Assembly (NCBI GenBank): GCA_029856525.1
Contig: JAHQXC010000002.1
Coordinates: 1-32,000, forward strand
Direction: 5' to 3'
DNA: 32,000 nt
From: Candidatus Odinarchaeia archaeon
GTDB lineage: Archaea; Asgardarchaeota; Odinarchaeia; Odinarchaeales; Odinarchaeaceae
Positions 16,193 through 25,488 of the stretch are shown here, piece after piece. Under the pieces are notes generated by a model, which worked only from the letters and a program-made list of their open reading frames with translations, had not been told where the DNA came from and made no database searches. Each line of letters begins with the position of its first letter. Position 1 is the first letter of the stretch. The translations under genes and the position numbers were made by a program.

Positions 16193-17869
16193 ATGGCTTA
16201 CATTGAAGGAATAGATAAAGGAATGGTTAATTTAAAAATAGATGACATAGAACATAAGAAACCGGCTTCTAAAGATTTTGAACTACGTTTTAAAGGGGTT
16301 TCAGTAGGCGTCACTTATAGTTTTAACATATGGTTGCATGAGCAATATCGGTCTATCTATGGTGATAAGTATCTCTATGGAGATAGTTTTATTAATTTTA
16401 ACTCAGGTCCATTCAGCAGCGATAAACTTGAAAAAAAATTAGAGGACCTACTATATTGGAAAGCGGATAAAATAGACGTTTTAAAAAAAATATCCGGTTC
16501 AAATTGGGGGATTTACTGGTCAGGTGTAACAGGGGGGATTGATAGAATTGATAGAATACTCTTCTCAGAAACGTACCTGAACAGTAACCCGCTTATACAT
16601 TTTGAACTTCAACCTATCGAGTTAATGAACCCTGTAACTCTTAAAATATATGACACTGATTCAAATGAATGGAAGAATTCAAGCAACAATGTTAAAGGTT
16701 ATATTAGAAGACTTCTAACAATTTACAGATGCGGGTTTATAACGATAACATATTTTTTAATTTTAAATTCCGGTAAAAGAGAATGGTTGGAGAGAATCCC
16801 GCATTTAACGTTGAAAAATGATTTAACAGTCGACGAGCTGATATTTATTTTAATTAAAAAATTAAGCAGCTTCAAGCTTAGAACAGGTGAAAAAACCAAT
16901 TTAGATCAGCAGGCTACAATCGACTTTATGAAAATACTTGGAAAAATCTATGACTTAGATGAGCAGGATGTTAAGGAGACAATCAACCATCTTGCTGATA
17001 AAACATCCATCAACTATTATTCTATATGTATATGGGATATAAACTGTAAATGTAAGGAACAGCATACAAACGCCGTGGATATTATTAGAAATCATCCTTG
17101 GGAGATTTACGGTTTAAGAGGGCCAGACCGACAGTGGATGAATAGAAAAGCAGAGTATATAGTCGACTCTATCTCAGACTGGTTTAATCCTTATTCAGAT
17201 ATTGTTTTTAAACCGTTTCCTAGAGTTCATATAGAAGTCACATACCCGCTTATACGGAGGAGAACGCTTATCTCCATGGGGCCTTTCTCACCTCCTCAAA
17301 GACTATGGGAGTTTAGAGTCGTCCAGGAGAAAGTCTTCAGAACCTTCAATCAATTACTCAGCGAGGAGACATCTAAGCTTTCAAAAACACTTAAAGTAGA
17401 AGAGCTGATTGAAACAGTGAAAAACGTAGCTAATATTAGAAGAAGACTTATAGGTGTCTTAGAAGACTTATACTGGATATCTAGCAGTATCAATCATATA
17501 CCTGATCGAAATTATTTAAGCTACGCGCAAATCACAGCTGGTTTAAATAATATGAAAAACACGCTATTCGAGAAAATAAACAATTTAGTTGAAATATCTA
17601 GAGATGAAACTAATATAACTAATCTCGATGTAGGCTCGAGAATGAGCCTTATAAGAACATATGCTTCCGTTCTAAGCATATTCTTAGCTACTATAATAAC
17701 TTTAGCCAGCACTTTATCTAATATTTATATTTGGATGCTAGGGCCGAGGCCGGCAACACTTAGTTTAACAGATCAGATTATGATAATACTGCAGATCTTC
17801 GGATTAAACGCCGCCTTCCTAATACCTATCGTGTTAATAGTTTGGAGGATTTTCAAGAAATTCAGGTAG
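16193..17869 (+). CDS. Hypothetical protein with a large soluble N-terminus, long helices and two C-terminal TM segments (CorA-like topology)
   Basis: 558 aa. A helical/coiled region precedes TYASVLSIFLATIITLASTLSNIYIW and IMIILQIFGLNAAFLIPIVLIVW, then a basic tail. No GMN motif. Confidence 0.6.
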   Translation: MAYIEGIDKGMVNLKIDDIEHKKPASKDFELRFKGVSVGVTYSFNIWLHEQYRSIYGDKYLYGDSFINFNSGPFSSDKLEKKLEDLLYWKADKIDVLKKISGSNWGIYWSGVTGGIDRIDRILFSETYLNSNPLIHFELQPIELMNPVTLKIYDTDSNEWKNSSNNVKGYIRRLLTIYRCGFITITYFLILNSGKREWLERIPHLTLKNDLTVDELIFILIKKLSSFKLRTGEKTNLDQQATIDFMKILGKIYDLDEQDVKETINHLADKTSINYYSICIWDINCKCKEQHTNAVDIIRNHPWEIYGLRGPDRQWMNRKAEYIVDSISDWFNPYSDIVFKPFPRVHIEVTYPLIRRRTLISMGPFSPPQRLWEFRVVQEKVFRTFNQLLSEETSKLSKTLKVEELIETVKNVANIRRRLIGVLEDLYWISSSINHIPDRNYLSYAQITAGLNNMKNTLFEKINNLVEISRDETNITNLDVGSRMSLIRTYASVLSIFLATIITLASTLSNIYIWMLGPRPATLSLTDQIMIILQIFGLNAAFLIPIVLIVWRIFKKFR

Positions 17870-19019
17870 ACGCGGATTCGAAGAAGGCTTGCAATCGTTC
17901 AACACCCTCCTTTAAATCCTCGTCAGGAAGCGCATAGCAAATCCTGAAATTATATTCAGAACCTTCGCCGAATATTGTTCCAGGTGAAACCGCCACATGC
18001 GCTTTATTTAAAAGTTCCATCGCTAAAGTCTCAGAGTTAAGCTTACATCTATCACGTGGAAATATGTAAAATGCTCCCTGAGGGACAGGTGTTTCTAATC
18101 TGGAGATCTTCTTCAAACCTTCTATAATAGTATTCCTTTTTCTCAAAGCTAACCCCACAACAGTTTTAACATACTCCTTATATTCAGATAATATGTCTAA
18201 ACACGCTTTTTGCGCGAATGTGACAGGGGCGGTTACAGTATGCTGCTGTACTATATTCATTCTATCAATAATATTTCTAGGCCCCGCAGCGAAACCAACC
18301 CGCCAGCCAGTCATAGAGAATACTTTAGAAAAACTATCAGTGAGAATAGTCTTCTCAAAACCGTTGCTAATAGCAGCCGGACTGTAATGAACATGACCGT
18401 CATACGTGTAAGCCCAGTCGACTTCATCCGAGAGAATATAAAACCCTTTCTCTACAGCTAAATCTACGATAAACTTTAAATCGGATTTATCTAGCACACC
18501 GCCGGTGGGATTATTCGGCGTGTTTAAAACTACTAATTTAGTTTTCCTGGTGACAGCGTTTTGAAAACGCTCATGGTTAATCTTGTAAAGCGGATCGGTT
18601 AAAACCTCTCTAATATTTTTTATACCTAGAAGCATTGGAATAGCTTTAAAACTACTCCAGAACGGTGTTAAAAGAATAACTTCATCGCCTGGTTTTAGAA
18701 GAGATGCGAAAACGCAGTAAGATGAAAACTTCGACCCAGGGGTGACGATTATTTCCTCAGGATTATAGGAGACACCTCTAGTTTCTTCGAGAAAGAGTTT
18801 CAACCCTTCTCTTAACTCGAGAAGACCCTTAGTAGGAGAATACCTATTATACCCTTCTAACACAGCTTTACAAGTAAAATTCACAGCGTTTTCAGGCGGA
18901 TCGAAACACGGCTCAGCTAAGTCAAACCGGATAACCTTAACGTTATCCCTCCTCTCAACAAGCCTAACCATATCAGTTATAGATACAGGGGAGATTGGAA
19001 TATCTTTTTTACTCCACAT
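17862..19019 (-). CDS. PLP-dependent aminotransferase class I/II (aspartate aminotransferase-like)
   Basis: YSPTKGLLELRE, VTPGSK, LNTPNNPTGG, ILSDEVD, SFSKVFSMTGWRVG (PLP lysine), PQGAFY and PGTIFG. Likely start is ATG 19019 (SD GAAGGTGG). Confidence 0.9.
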   Translation of the reverse strand: MWSKKDIPISPVSITDMVRLVERRDNVKVIRFDLAEPCFDPPENAVNFTCKAVLEGYNRYSPTKGLLELREGLKLFLEETRGVSYNPEEIIVTPGSKFSSYCVFASLLKPGDEVILLTPFWSSFKAIPMLLGIKNIREVLTDPLYKINHERFQNAVTRKTKLVVLNTPNNPTGGVLDKSDLKFIVDLAVEKGFYILSDEVDWAYTYDGHVHYSPAAISNGFEKTILTDSFSKVFSMTGWRVGFAAGPRNIIDRMNIVQQHTVTAPVTFAQKACLDILSEYKEYVKTVVGLALRKRNTIIEGLKKISRLETPVPQGAFYIFPRDRCKLNSETLAMELLNKAHVAVSPGTIFGEGSEYNFRICYALPDEDLKEGVERLQAFFESAST

Positions 19020-19100
19020 TAAACCACCTTCCAATAGTAGAAAATAAAATATAAATAAATCTATTCGCAAAATTAATAGAAAAATTATTTTAAAAGGCTG

Positions 19101-20366
19101 ATGAAAATGGGCTCGAAAGAAATATTCGAAGCAGCTTCGAAAAGTATCCTACTAAAAGATCCATATGTTAAGAAAATCTGGAATCTTATAAACGATAAAA
19201 CCTTATTTAATAAATCACCGGATTATCTTAAAGCGCTTAGAAAAAGTCTATTAAGAGAAGCCTTAGACTTTTTTTCTAGGAGAAGCGAATACTACCAACA
19301 GACCTTTGAGAAATTAAATATTAACCCGAAGAATGCGGATTTTACAGATTTAGCGAAGCTAGCTGTTCCAGCTGATATGCTAAGAGGTGAAGGGCATAAA
19401 CAGTTCCTGATAAGGGATGTTGAGCAGGGAGGGGAATACTTTACCTCAAGTGGAACCACAGGTAAAACACCTGTTAAAATATATAGAAGCCCTTTGGATC
19501 TGGCTATAATGATTAAAGCTAACACCGATCTATTTGAATATGTTTACGGAGATGTTTTAGAGCAGGGTAAAGGTATAGCTTTATTCATGGCAGCCCCGGA
19601 GTTAAGATATAAATTAAGTTTCGTAGCGTTCGTTGATCTCACACTCGACAATAAAAATATTCCATTATTATATGGAATGAATCTTGTTCGAAACAAAGAC
19701 GGTACAACTGACTGGCAGAGACTTGAGTTAAATAAAGAGAATGTGGTGAAATTTTTGAAAAGTCGAGAGGAGCCTAAACTGTTTTTCACAGCACCGGCAG
19801 GCGTCTATCTTATGGCGGATAAATTCGATAAAATGAACTTCTTAAAAAAGCTAATATACAGGATAGCCACTACAGCCCCCCCTGTCAACCTAGGAAAAGG
19901 GGGGGTGATTGTAACCGGAGGGGGAACTAAAGGGTTTACAAATCTGCCGTCATATGATAAGATTGTGGAGCTTTCAAGAAAATATTTTAAAGCTAAAAAT
20001 AAAGCAGGGGAGGAGCACCCAGCACCTTTCATGGATGTGCTAGGGATGACGGAGACTTTAACCGCGTTAATAGATCGATTCGGTGTTATGAATAAAATAC
20101 CACACCCCTTATCCCACGTTTTCCTATTAAAACCTAGTACATTTGAGTTAATAGAAGATGATGAAGGGCAGGAAGGCGTGTTAGGTATATTCAACCCGTT
20201 TACAACATCATGGCTTGAATTATTCTATCCAGGTGATTTCATGAAAGCTCACAGCTCTAATCGATATTACGGTAAAGAATACACTTATGTTAGAAGATTC
20301 ACCCCTGAAGAGGGCTGGGAGCTTCAAAGAGCATGCGGGGGAACACTAGAAGAGATGATGAGATAA
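19101..20366 (+). CDS. LuxE-like acyl-protein synthetase (adenylate-forming)
   Basis: FTSSGTTGK (adenylation A3 loop), VTGGGTKG, DVLGMTE, GVLGIFNP and YPGDF, plus C-terminal LQRACGG matching the LuxE acylated Cys (RGC). Start is ATG 19101 or 19107. Confidence 0.75.
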   Translation: MKMGSKEIFEAASKSILLKDPYVKKIWNLINDKTLFNKSPDYLKALRKSLLREALDFFSRRSEYYQQTFEKLNINPKNADFTDLAKLAVPADMLRGEGHKQFLIRDVEQGGEYFTSSGTTGKTPVKIYRSPLDLAIMIKANTDLFEYVYGDVLEQGKGIALFMAAPELRYKLSFVAFVDLTLDNKNIPLLYGMNLVRNKDGTTDWQRLELNKENVVKFLKSREEPKLFFTAPAGVYLMADKFDKMNFLKKLIYRIATTAPPVNLGKGGVIVTGGGTKGFTNLPSYDKIVELSRKYFKAKNKAGEEHPAPFMDVLGMTETLTALIDRFGVMNKIPHPLSHVFLLKPSTFELIEDDEGQEGVLGIFNPFTTSWLELFYPGDFMKAHSSNRYYGKEYTYVRRFTPEEGWELQRACGGTLEEMMR

Positions 20367-20382
20367 AACAGAGGCTTAGAAG

Positions 20383-21852
20383 ATGAAGTTAACTCCTTTA
20401 GCACCTATGAGCATAAGAGATTTTATTAGAAAAACAGTAGGAGACATAGAGGTATTAGAGCTTAGCGAAAAAAGTTTAGATGAAATCTTAAAAGAATTTA
20501 AATCGATTCAATCCTCTTTAGCAAAAACACCTATAGAAGAAAGGATTAAAATATTCGACAAGCTCGGTTTAATTTGGAGAAGAAAATTAGATAACGGTGA
20601 ACTTGAAAACTTGAAGAAAACGCTATCAGAATTGACAGGTTATAGTGAACACCTCATAGAGTTAGAGTTTAATCTAGTCTCCTATCTGTTAAACGAAGCT
20701 AATATTAGGCGTAATCTGGAAGCAGCTTTCAATAATGGAGTGGAAGGCCTTAGCAAATTCATTAAAATCGCTGAAAACGAGTACTTTAAGTATATGCCGG
20801 CTGGGCCTGTGTTCATAATAAGTTCAGGTAACTCTCTTATACCCCCACTTATCCCAACCACTTTATCGCTGGTAACAGGAAATTTAACAATACTTAAACC
20901 ATCTATTTCAAATTATCCCGGTGTTATTGAAGTTTACAGAAATCTAGAGGAGATTGCGAAAAATGATAAGACAGCGGAGACCATTCTCTCAGCGATAGTC
21001 ATCAGCTATTTCACACATGACAGCCCGGCACTCAAGCATCTTTTAACTAAAACCCCATTAGGAGTTGTTAATTTCTGGGGAGCTGAACCTGCTAGAACTG
21101 TGATAGCTAAACTTGTAGCAGAAAACCAATATCATCCACGCCTTATAGTGAACGGCCCTTTAACAGGTTTAGCGATAATAGACTCAGAGTCAGCTAACCT
21201 AGCAGCTAAAGAACTGGCGTTAAACATGATCTTATACGATCAGCAACTTTGCAGTTCACCTACGCAAGCAGTTTTTATAGGTAAATTAGAAGAAGCGGTT
21301 TCATTCGCTGAAAGTGTAGGGCGATACCTAGACCTTATCGGCGATAAAATTAAGATGAAAACTAAAGACTCTGCGCTTTACCTTCTGCAAACCGCTAGAC
21401 GAGCATTACAGTTTAAGGGAGTTAAAATACTGTTCTCAAATAAACACGACAACCCTTGGACTATAATAGTATCAAAAGAGAAAAGTAGTTTACAATCGTT
21501 ATCAGAAAGCCTACCAGAGTTTAATATCTATAATAGGAGAAGATTCATAGAAATAATAGTTACGGAAAAATTAGATGACGCGCTTAAAATAATAGAATCA
21601 GTTCGTTTAAATCCTGCTTTCAAAGAAGTAGATAAAGTTCAATCAATAGGGTTAGCGTTATCCGAGTCTAATAAAAATAAAATAATAGAGGAACTGCCTA
21701 ATACGGGAATATATAGAATCACTACTCTAGCAGATATGTATATGAGAAGCGCTATAGAACCATACGATGGAGCGTCGATACCATTACTTTTCACTTACAC
21801 AGTTTATAGAAGAGATGTTAAACATCCATATGAAATAGCCCAATTATTTTAG
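20383..21852 (+). CDS. LuxC-like acyl-CoA/acyl-protein reductase (ALDH-like fold)
   Basis: PAGPVFIISSGN, LKPS, VNFWGA, NGP and YDQQLCSSPTQ (the LuxC catalytic Cys motif DQxxCxSP). Starts 16 bp after the luxE-like gene. Confidence 0.8.
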   Translation: MKLTPLAPMSIRDFIRKTVGDIEVLELSEKSLDEILKEFKSIQSSLAKTPIEERIKIFDKLGLIWRRKLDNGELENLKKTLSELTGYSEHLIELEFNLVSYLLNEANIRRNLEAAFNNGVEGLSKFIKIAENEYFKYMPAGPVFIISSGNSLIPPLIPTTLSLVTGNLTILKPSISNYPGVIEVYRNLEEIAKNDKTAETILSAIVISYFTHDSPALKHLLTKTPLGVVNFWGAEPARTVIAKLVAENQYHPRLIVNGPLTGLAIIDSESANLAAKELALNMILYDQQLCSSPTQAVFIGKLEEAVSFAESVGRYLDLIGDKIKMKTKDSALYLLQTARRALQFKGVKILFSNKHDNPWTIIVSKEKSSLQSLSESLPEFNIYNRRRFIEIIVTEKLDDALKIIESVRLNPAFKEVDKVQSIGLALSESNKNKIIEELPNTGIYRITTLADMYMRSAIEPYDGASIPLLFTYTVYRRDVKHPYEIAQLF

Positions 21853-21866
21853 GAAGTGAGTTTAAA

Positions 21867-22862
21867 ATGAAAATCCTTGTAACAGGGGCCTCAGGTTTTT
21901 TAGGAGGCCACTTAGTTGAAACTTTAGCGAATAAAGGATATAAGATAATAGCTATGGTAAGAGAGACCAGTAATATAGAATTAATAAAAGACTTAGTATT
22001 CGAATTCAGATATGCTGATTTAAGTGAACCTGAAACTATCGTCGAAGCTGTTAAAGGCGTTGACGTTATAATCCATTTAGCAGCCTACTATACTTTTCAC
22101 GGTTCCAGCAAACTATATGAAAAAATTAACGTTGAAGGAACAAGATATTTAGCTGAAGCTGCTTTAAAAAATAAAATTCAACACTTCATCTACTGTAGTA
22201 CAACCGAAGTTATAGGCCCTGTTAAAAATCCCCCGGGAGATGAAAACACTGAACCTAACCCTACTTATGAATACGGGAGATCGAAACTAAAAGCGGAGAA
22301 GATAATTAAAGAATATGGTTTAAAAGGCGTAAATTATACGATTATACGACCCTCAGGAATATATGGGCCTAGAAACGTTAACGACGTATCATACTGGACA
22401 ATCACATCTTTCGCTAAAAACTCTATAGGCACACGATTTATTATAGGTAGCGGTGAAAACCTAGTTCAGTTCGTTCATGTAAAAGATGTTGTTGAAGGAT
22501 TCACTTTAGCATTAGAAAAAAGAGACATATCAAGTAGACAAACATATATTATCAGCGAGGATAAAGCTTACACATATAAGCAAGTATATGAAATTCTAGC
22601 AGATTTAACCGGTAGAAAACCGCCAAGCAAGCATATACCTAAAACATTAGCTAAAATTTTAATAGCGCCTATACAAGGAGTAAATAGAATACTCGGTAAA
22701 GAGAATTTTTTATATCATATTAGCACCGTTGACTCTGTCTGCTCTGATAGAGCCTATAGTATTGAGAAAGCTAAACGAGAATTAGGTTATACTCCCAGAT
22801 ATGATTTGAGAACAGGGTTGAAGGAAACAATCGAATGGTATACTAAAAATGGATATATCTAG
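21867..22862 (+). CDS. NAD-dependent epimerase/dehydratase family extended SDR (3-beta-HSD-like)
   Basis: TGASGFLG, HLAA, NVEGT, CST, YGRSK (YxxxK) and RPSGIYGP. Third gene of the luxE-luxC run (14-bp gap). Confidence 0.88.
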   Translation: MKILVTGASGFLGGHLVETLANKGYKIIAMVRETSNIELIKDLVFEFRYADLSEPETIVEAVKGVDVIIHLAAYYTFHGSSKLYEKINVEGTRYLAEAALKNKIQHFIYCSTTEVIGPVKNPPGDENTEPNPTYEYGRSKLKAEKIIKEYGLKGVNYTIIRPSGIYGPRNVNDVSYWTITSFAKNSIGTRFIIGSGENLVQFVHVKDVVEGFTLALEKRDISSRQTYIISEDKAYTYKQVYEILADLTGRKPPSKHIPKTLAKILIAPIQGVNRILGKENFLYHISTVDSVCSDRAYSIEKAKRELGYTPRYDLRTGLKETIEWYTKNGYI

Positions 22863-22863
22863 T

Positions 22864-24396
22864 TTAGAGTAAATAGATTACATTCGATAAAGCTAATGCG
22901 ACGGTTGACAGCAATAGCATATTAGAGATTATTTGGCTAAACCAGCTCATAGAAACGTGAGAGAAAATTGTGCTAACAACCGTAGATACAGATATCAGAA
23001 TCACCATTAAATTTAATCCGAGTAAGAGAAAAGAAACATTTTGTTGAAGAATAAGAGCGACTATAAATAATTGAACTAGAAGAGAAGAAACTGTGATGAG
23101 AATTTGAAGAGTACAAGATAATATAGTAGATAACCATCCTGAACCTAGTGTGCGCTTAATTAAACCTCTGAAAAACAGCTCATAAAAGAAGAACACGCAG
23201 AAATACGCTGGGAGATATAGAAGTAAAAAAATCAATTTAACAGAAGCTGTTGAGAAAGTCGAAGCTGTATTAAAGCCGACGCTGGTATAAAATAATATTA
23301 TAAGAGAGATTCCGACGGTAAACCCTATTATAAGGTTTTGAATAAAATTTTCTCCAAGGTTATTTTTAGATTCTCGTATAAATGCGCGCCAATCAAGCCG
23401 TCTTCTAAAAATAATTAAAGCTAAAGCCCCTAAGCTGATAGAGTTTCCTAAAAATAGAGAAGTAATAAAGTTTGTGAAAAGCAGAGGGCTTATAATGAAA
23501 AAAACAGGGGATAATAATAAAGTTAAAGCAGCCCCACAGAAGCTAGCGATTATGAAACCTGAGCTGAGGTATAGAAGAGTTTCACACTTAATTTGCAGCT
23601 GTCTGACATCTGTTTCAACACGTTTTTTAGTATTAATATTTTCCAATAAAATATGAGCGGCGGGCAGAATGATCATTAAACCGGCGATTAGAGTTGAGAA
23701 AACTGAAGCCCCTATTAAATCAGAGTTAATAGTGGAAGATTCCTCTATCCCTGAAACAGCCCTGGTTACCCATTTAACAACCTCATTTATAATAACAGGT
23801 TTATATAAAATATTAAGATGATCGGAAGAATCATCTATGAAAAGCTTTTTTTCAGATCCACCTGCGAAGTATGTAATACCCGGTTCCCCTGTATTATTAA
23901 TAGAGTTATAAAATGCGTTGATAACAGCTTGATTATCAATTATGAAATCTCCTTCAGAGATGATGAGAAGAAGGTTCCTAGGAGTAGTAAGATTAACAGA
24001 GTTCGAGGAGATAGCTGGGGCTATTCCGATAGTTGCAATAGGTTGAAGAATTTTACTCATGTTAACCGCTACACTCCCACCCATACTGTGACCTATAAAA
24101 ATAAGCTGACTTATATTACCTATTTTGTGAAAGATAAGCGAATCTAATACGGCTTGAATATCAATGTCGAAGCGGTTTATATCACTCATGCTTCCCCCGC
24201 TATCGCCATGCCCTCTCAGATCAATTAACACGCTAATAAAATTTCTTTCAGCTAAAGCAAGCCCTATCATCTTCATCATTTTTCTGTTACCTGAAAATCC
24301 GTGAATTAGAAATATGAGAGGGGCTTCATTGCTAGTAGAAGGTTTTTTAATAATATCGAATACTATTGGAACACCGTCATCGGTTACGGCGTGCAT
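22864..24396 (-). CDS. Alpha/beta hydrolase fused to a multi-pass C-terminal membrane domain; true N-terminus probably extends upstream
   Basis: IHGFSG, DLRGHGDS, nucleophile elbow GHSMGG, SEGD and DHLNILY, followed by about 8-9 TM segments. The frame stays open for 42 more codons to 24522 and encodes a signal-peptide-like stretch with no canonical start. Confidence 0.82.
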   Translation of the reverse strand: MHAVTDDGVPIVFDIIKKPSTSNEAPLIFLIHGFSGNRKMMKMIGLALAERNFISVLIDLRGHGDSGGSMSDINRFDIDIQAVLDSLIFHKIGNISQLIFIGHSMGGSVAVNMSKILQPIATIGIAPAISSNSVNLTTPRNLLLIISEGDFIIDNQAVINAFYNSINNTGEPGITYFAGGSEKKLFIDDSSDHLNILYKPVIINEVVKWVTRAVSGIEESSTINSDLIGASVFSTLIAGLMIILPAAHILLENINTKKRVETDVRQLQIKCETLLYLSSGFIIASFCGAALTLLLSPVFFIISPLLFTNFITSLFLGNSISLGALALIIFRRRLDWRAFIRESKNNLGENFIQNLIIGFTVGISLIILFYTSVGFNTASTFSTASVKLIFLLLYLPAYFCVFFFYELFFRGLIKRTLGSGWLSTILSCTLQILITVSSLLVQLFIVALILQQNVSFLLLGLNLMVILISVSTVVSTIFSHVSMSWFSQIISNMLLLSTVALALSNVIYLL

Positions 24397-24595
24397 AGTT
24401 AAACATGGATTATTAATATTAACACTAACTAAAACTGTTAGTGAAGGTGTTAAGATAATTAAACCGATTAGAATAGAGGCTAAATGAGCTTTTTTAAATT
24501 TGAAAACACCTCTCCAGTTTTTTCAAATATTGAATTATCATTATAATAAGCATTTATAATTTATAAAATTTTTATGAAAAAATAGGGGAGTAGTT

Positions 24596-25189
24596 TTATT
24601 CTTTCTTCTGCCATGGACCTAGCGGTAATACTGTTCTATTATACATTCCATTTAAGATTATTCCAGCGGCTGTATACATTGCACTGGCACCGCATACTAT
24701 GCCCTCTAAACCTGTGATTGTTAAGACCAGTGTGCTTCCAGTGAGATATATTACAGTGTTTGAAATAGCGAGCAAGTAGAATAGAATAGCTAAGCTACCT
24801 AGCACAAATGATAATGCTTTAGTAGTTTTAAATGAGCCTACAAAGAATATTGTGGTGAAAACACCCCAAACAAGCATTGTCCAAGCAAGGTCTATAACTG
24901 TAATAGTCGGGAATAACCCCATTGAACTAAGAGATAAAGCGGTAGCTAAACCTATCCAGAATAAACCGTAAGAGCAGAAAGCTGTTCCACCGAATGTGTT
25001 ACCTTTTCTAAGATCGATTATACCAGCTATTACTTGAGCTAAACCACCGTAAAAGAATCCGTAGCCGATAGCCATCGTATTTGCAACACCTAATAAACCT
25101 AGGTTATGTAAATTTAGTAATACAGTCGTTAAACCGAAGCCGAATAATCCTAGCGGACTAGGATCAGCCCATGTTTGTTTTTCAGACAT
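24596..25189 (-). CDS. satP: Acetate uptake transporter, GPR1/FUN34/YaaH (SatP) family
   Basis: ADPSPLGLFGFGLTTVLLNLHN, FFYGGLAQVIAG and GNTFGGTAFCSYGLFW. Start ATG 25189 with SD GGAGGT. Confidence 0.92.
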   Translation of the reverse strand: MSEKQTWADPSPLGLFGFGLTTVLLNLHNLGLLGVANTMAIGYGFFYGGLAQVIAGIIDLRKGNTFGGTAFCSYGLFWIGLATALSLSSMGLFPTITVIDLAWTMLVWGVFTTIFFVGSFKTTKALSFVLGSLAILFYLLAISNTVIYLTGSTLVLTITGLEGIVCGASAMYTAAGIILNGMYNRTVLPLGPWQKKE

Positions 25190-25488
25190 TAATTTAACCT
25201 CCGAATAGTGGTTAAATATTGTCAGTTTAGCGTTAAATATATAATGTTTACGATTATTTTCGCTCAGCACAGTAAAGCATATGAATTTAAGCGTATGAGA
25301 CTAGCAGTGGTGAAATTAGTTCCAGCGGTTTATCAGCCAGTTAAAGTTGAGGATATTTCCTCTTACTATAGATTTAGTAGGTTTACTGGTTAACTATGTC
25401 AGGTTCTAGTTTGAATCTTAGTGGAAAAGTTTTTTTATATAAAAGTCTGAAATTAATAATTATTTAGATTATTTTGAAGGTGAATTAT

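Noticed and set aside
19101-21852. Bioluminescence operon
   Set aside because: No luxA/luxB-like gene is present in the window, and LuxC/LuxE homologs without luciferase are known in non-luminous bacteria.
21867-22862. SDR as PelX-like UDP-GlcNAc C4-epimerase for the Pel system
   Set aside because: It lies 18 kb from pelF, sits inside the luxEC operon, and its length and C-terminus look more like the 3-beta-HSD-type extended SDRs.
25208-25393. 61-aa ORF in the satP/mvaA divergent gap
   Set aside because: It overlaps the expected promoter region, has no convincing SD and no recognisable motif. A small protein cannot be fully excluded.
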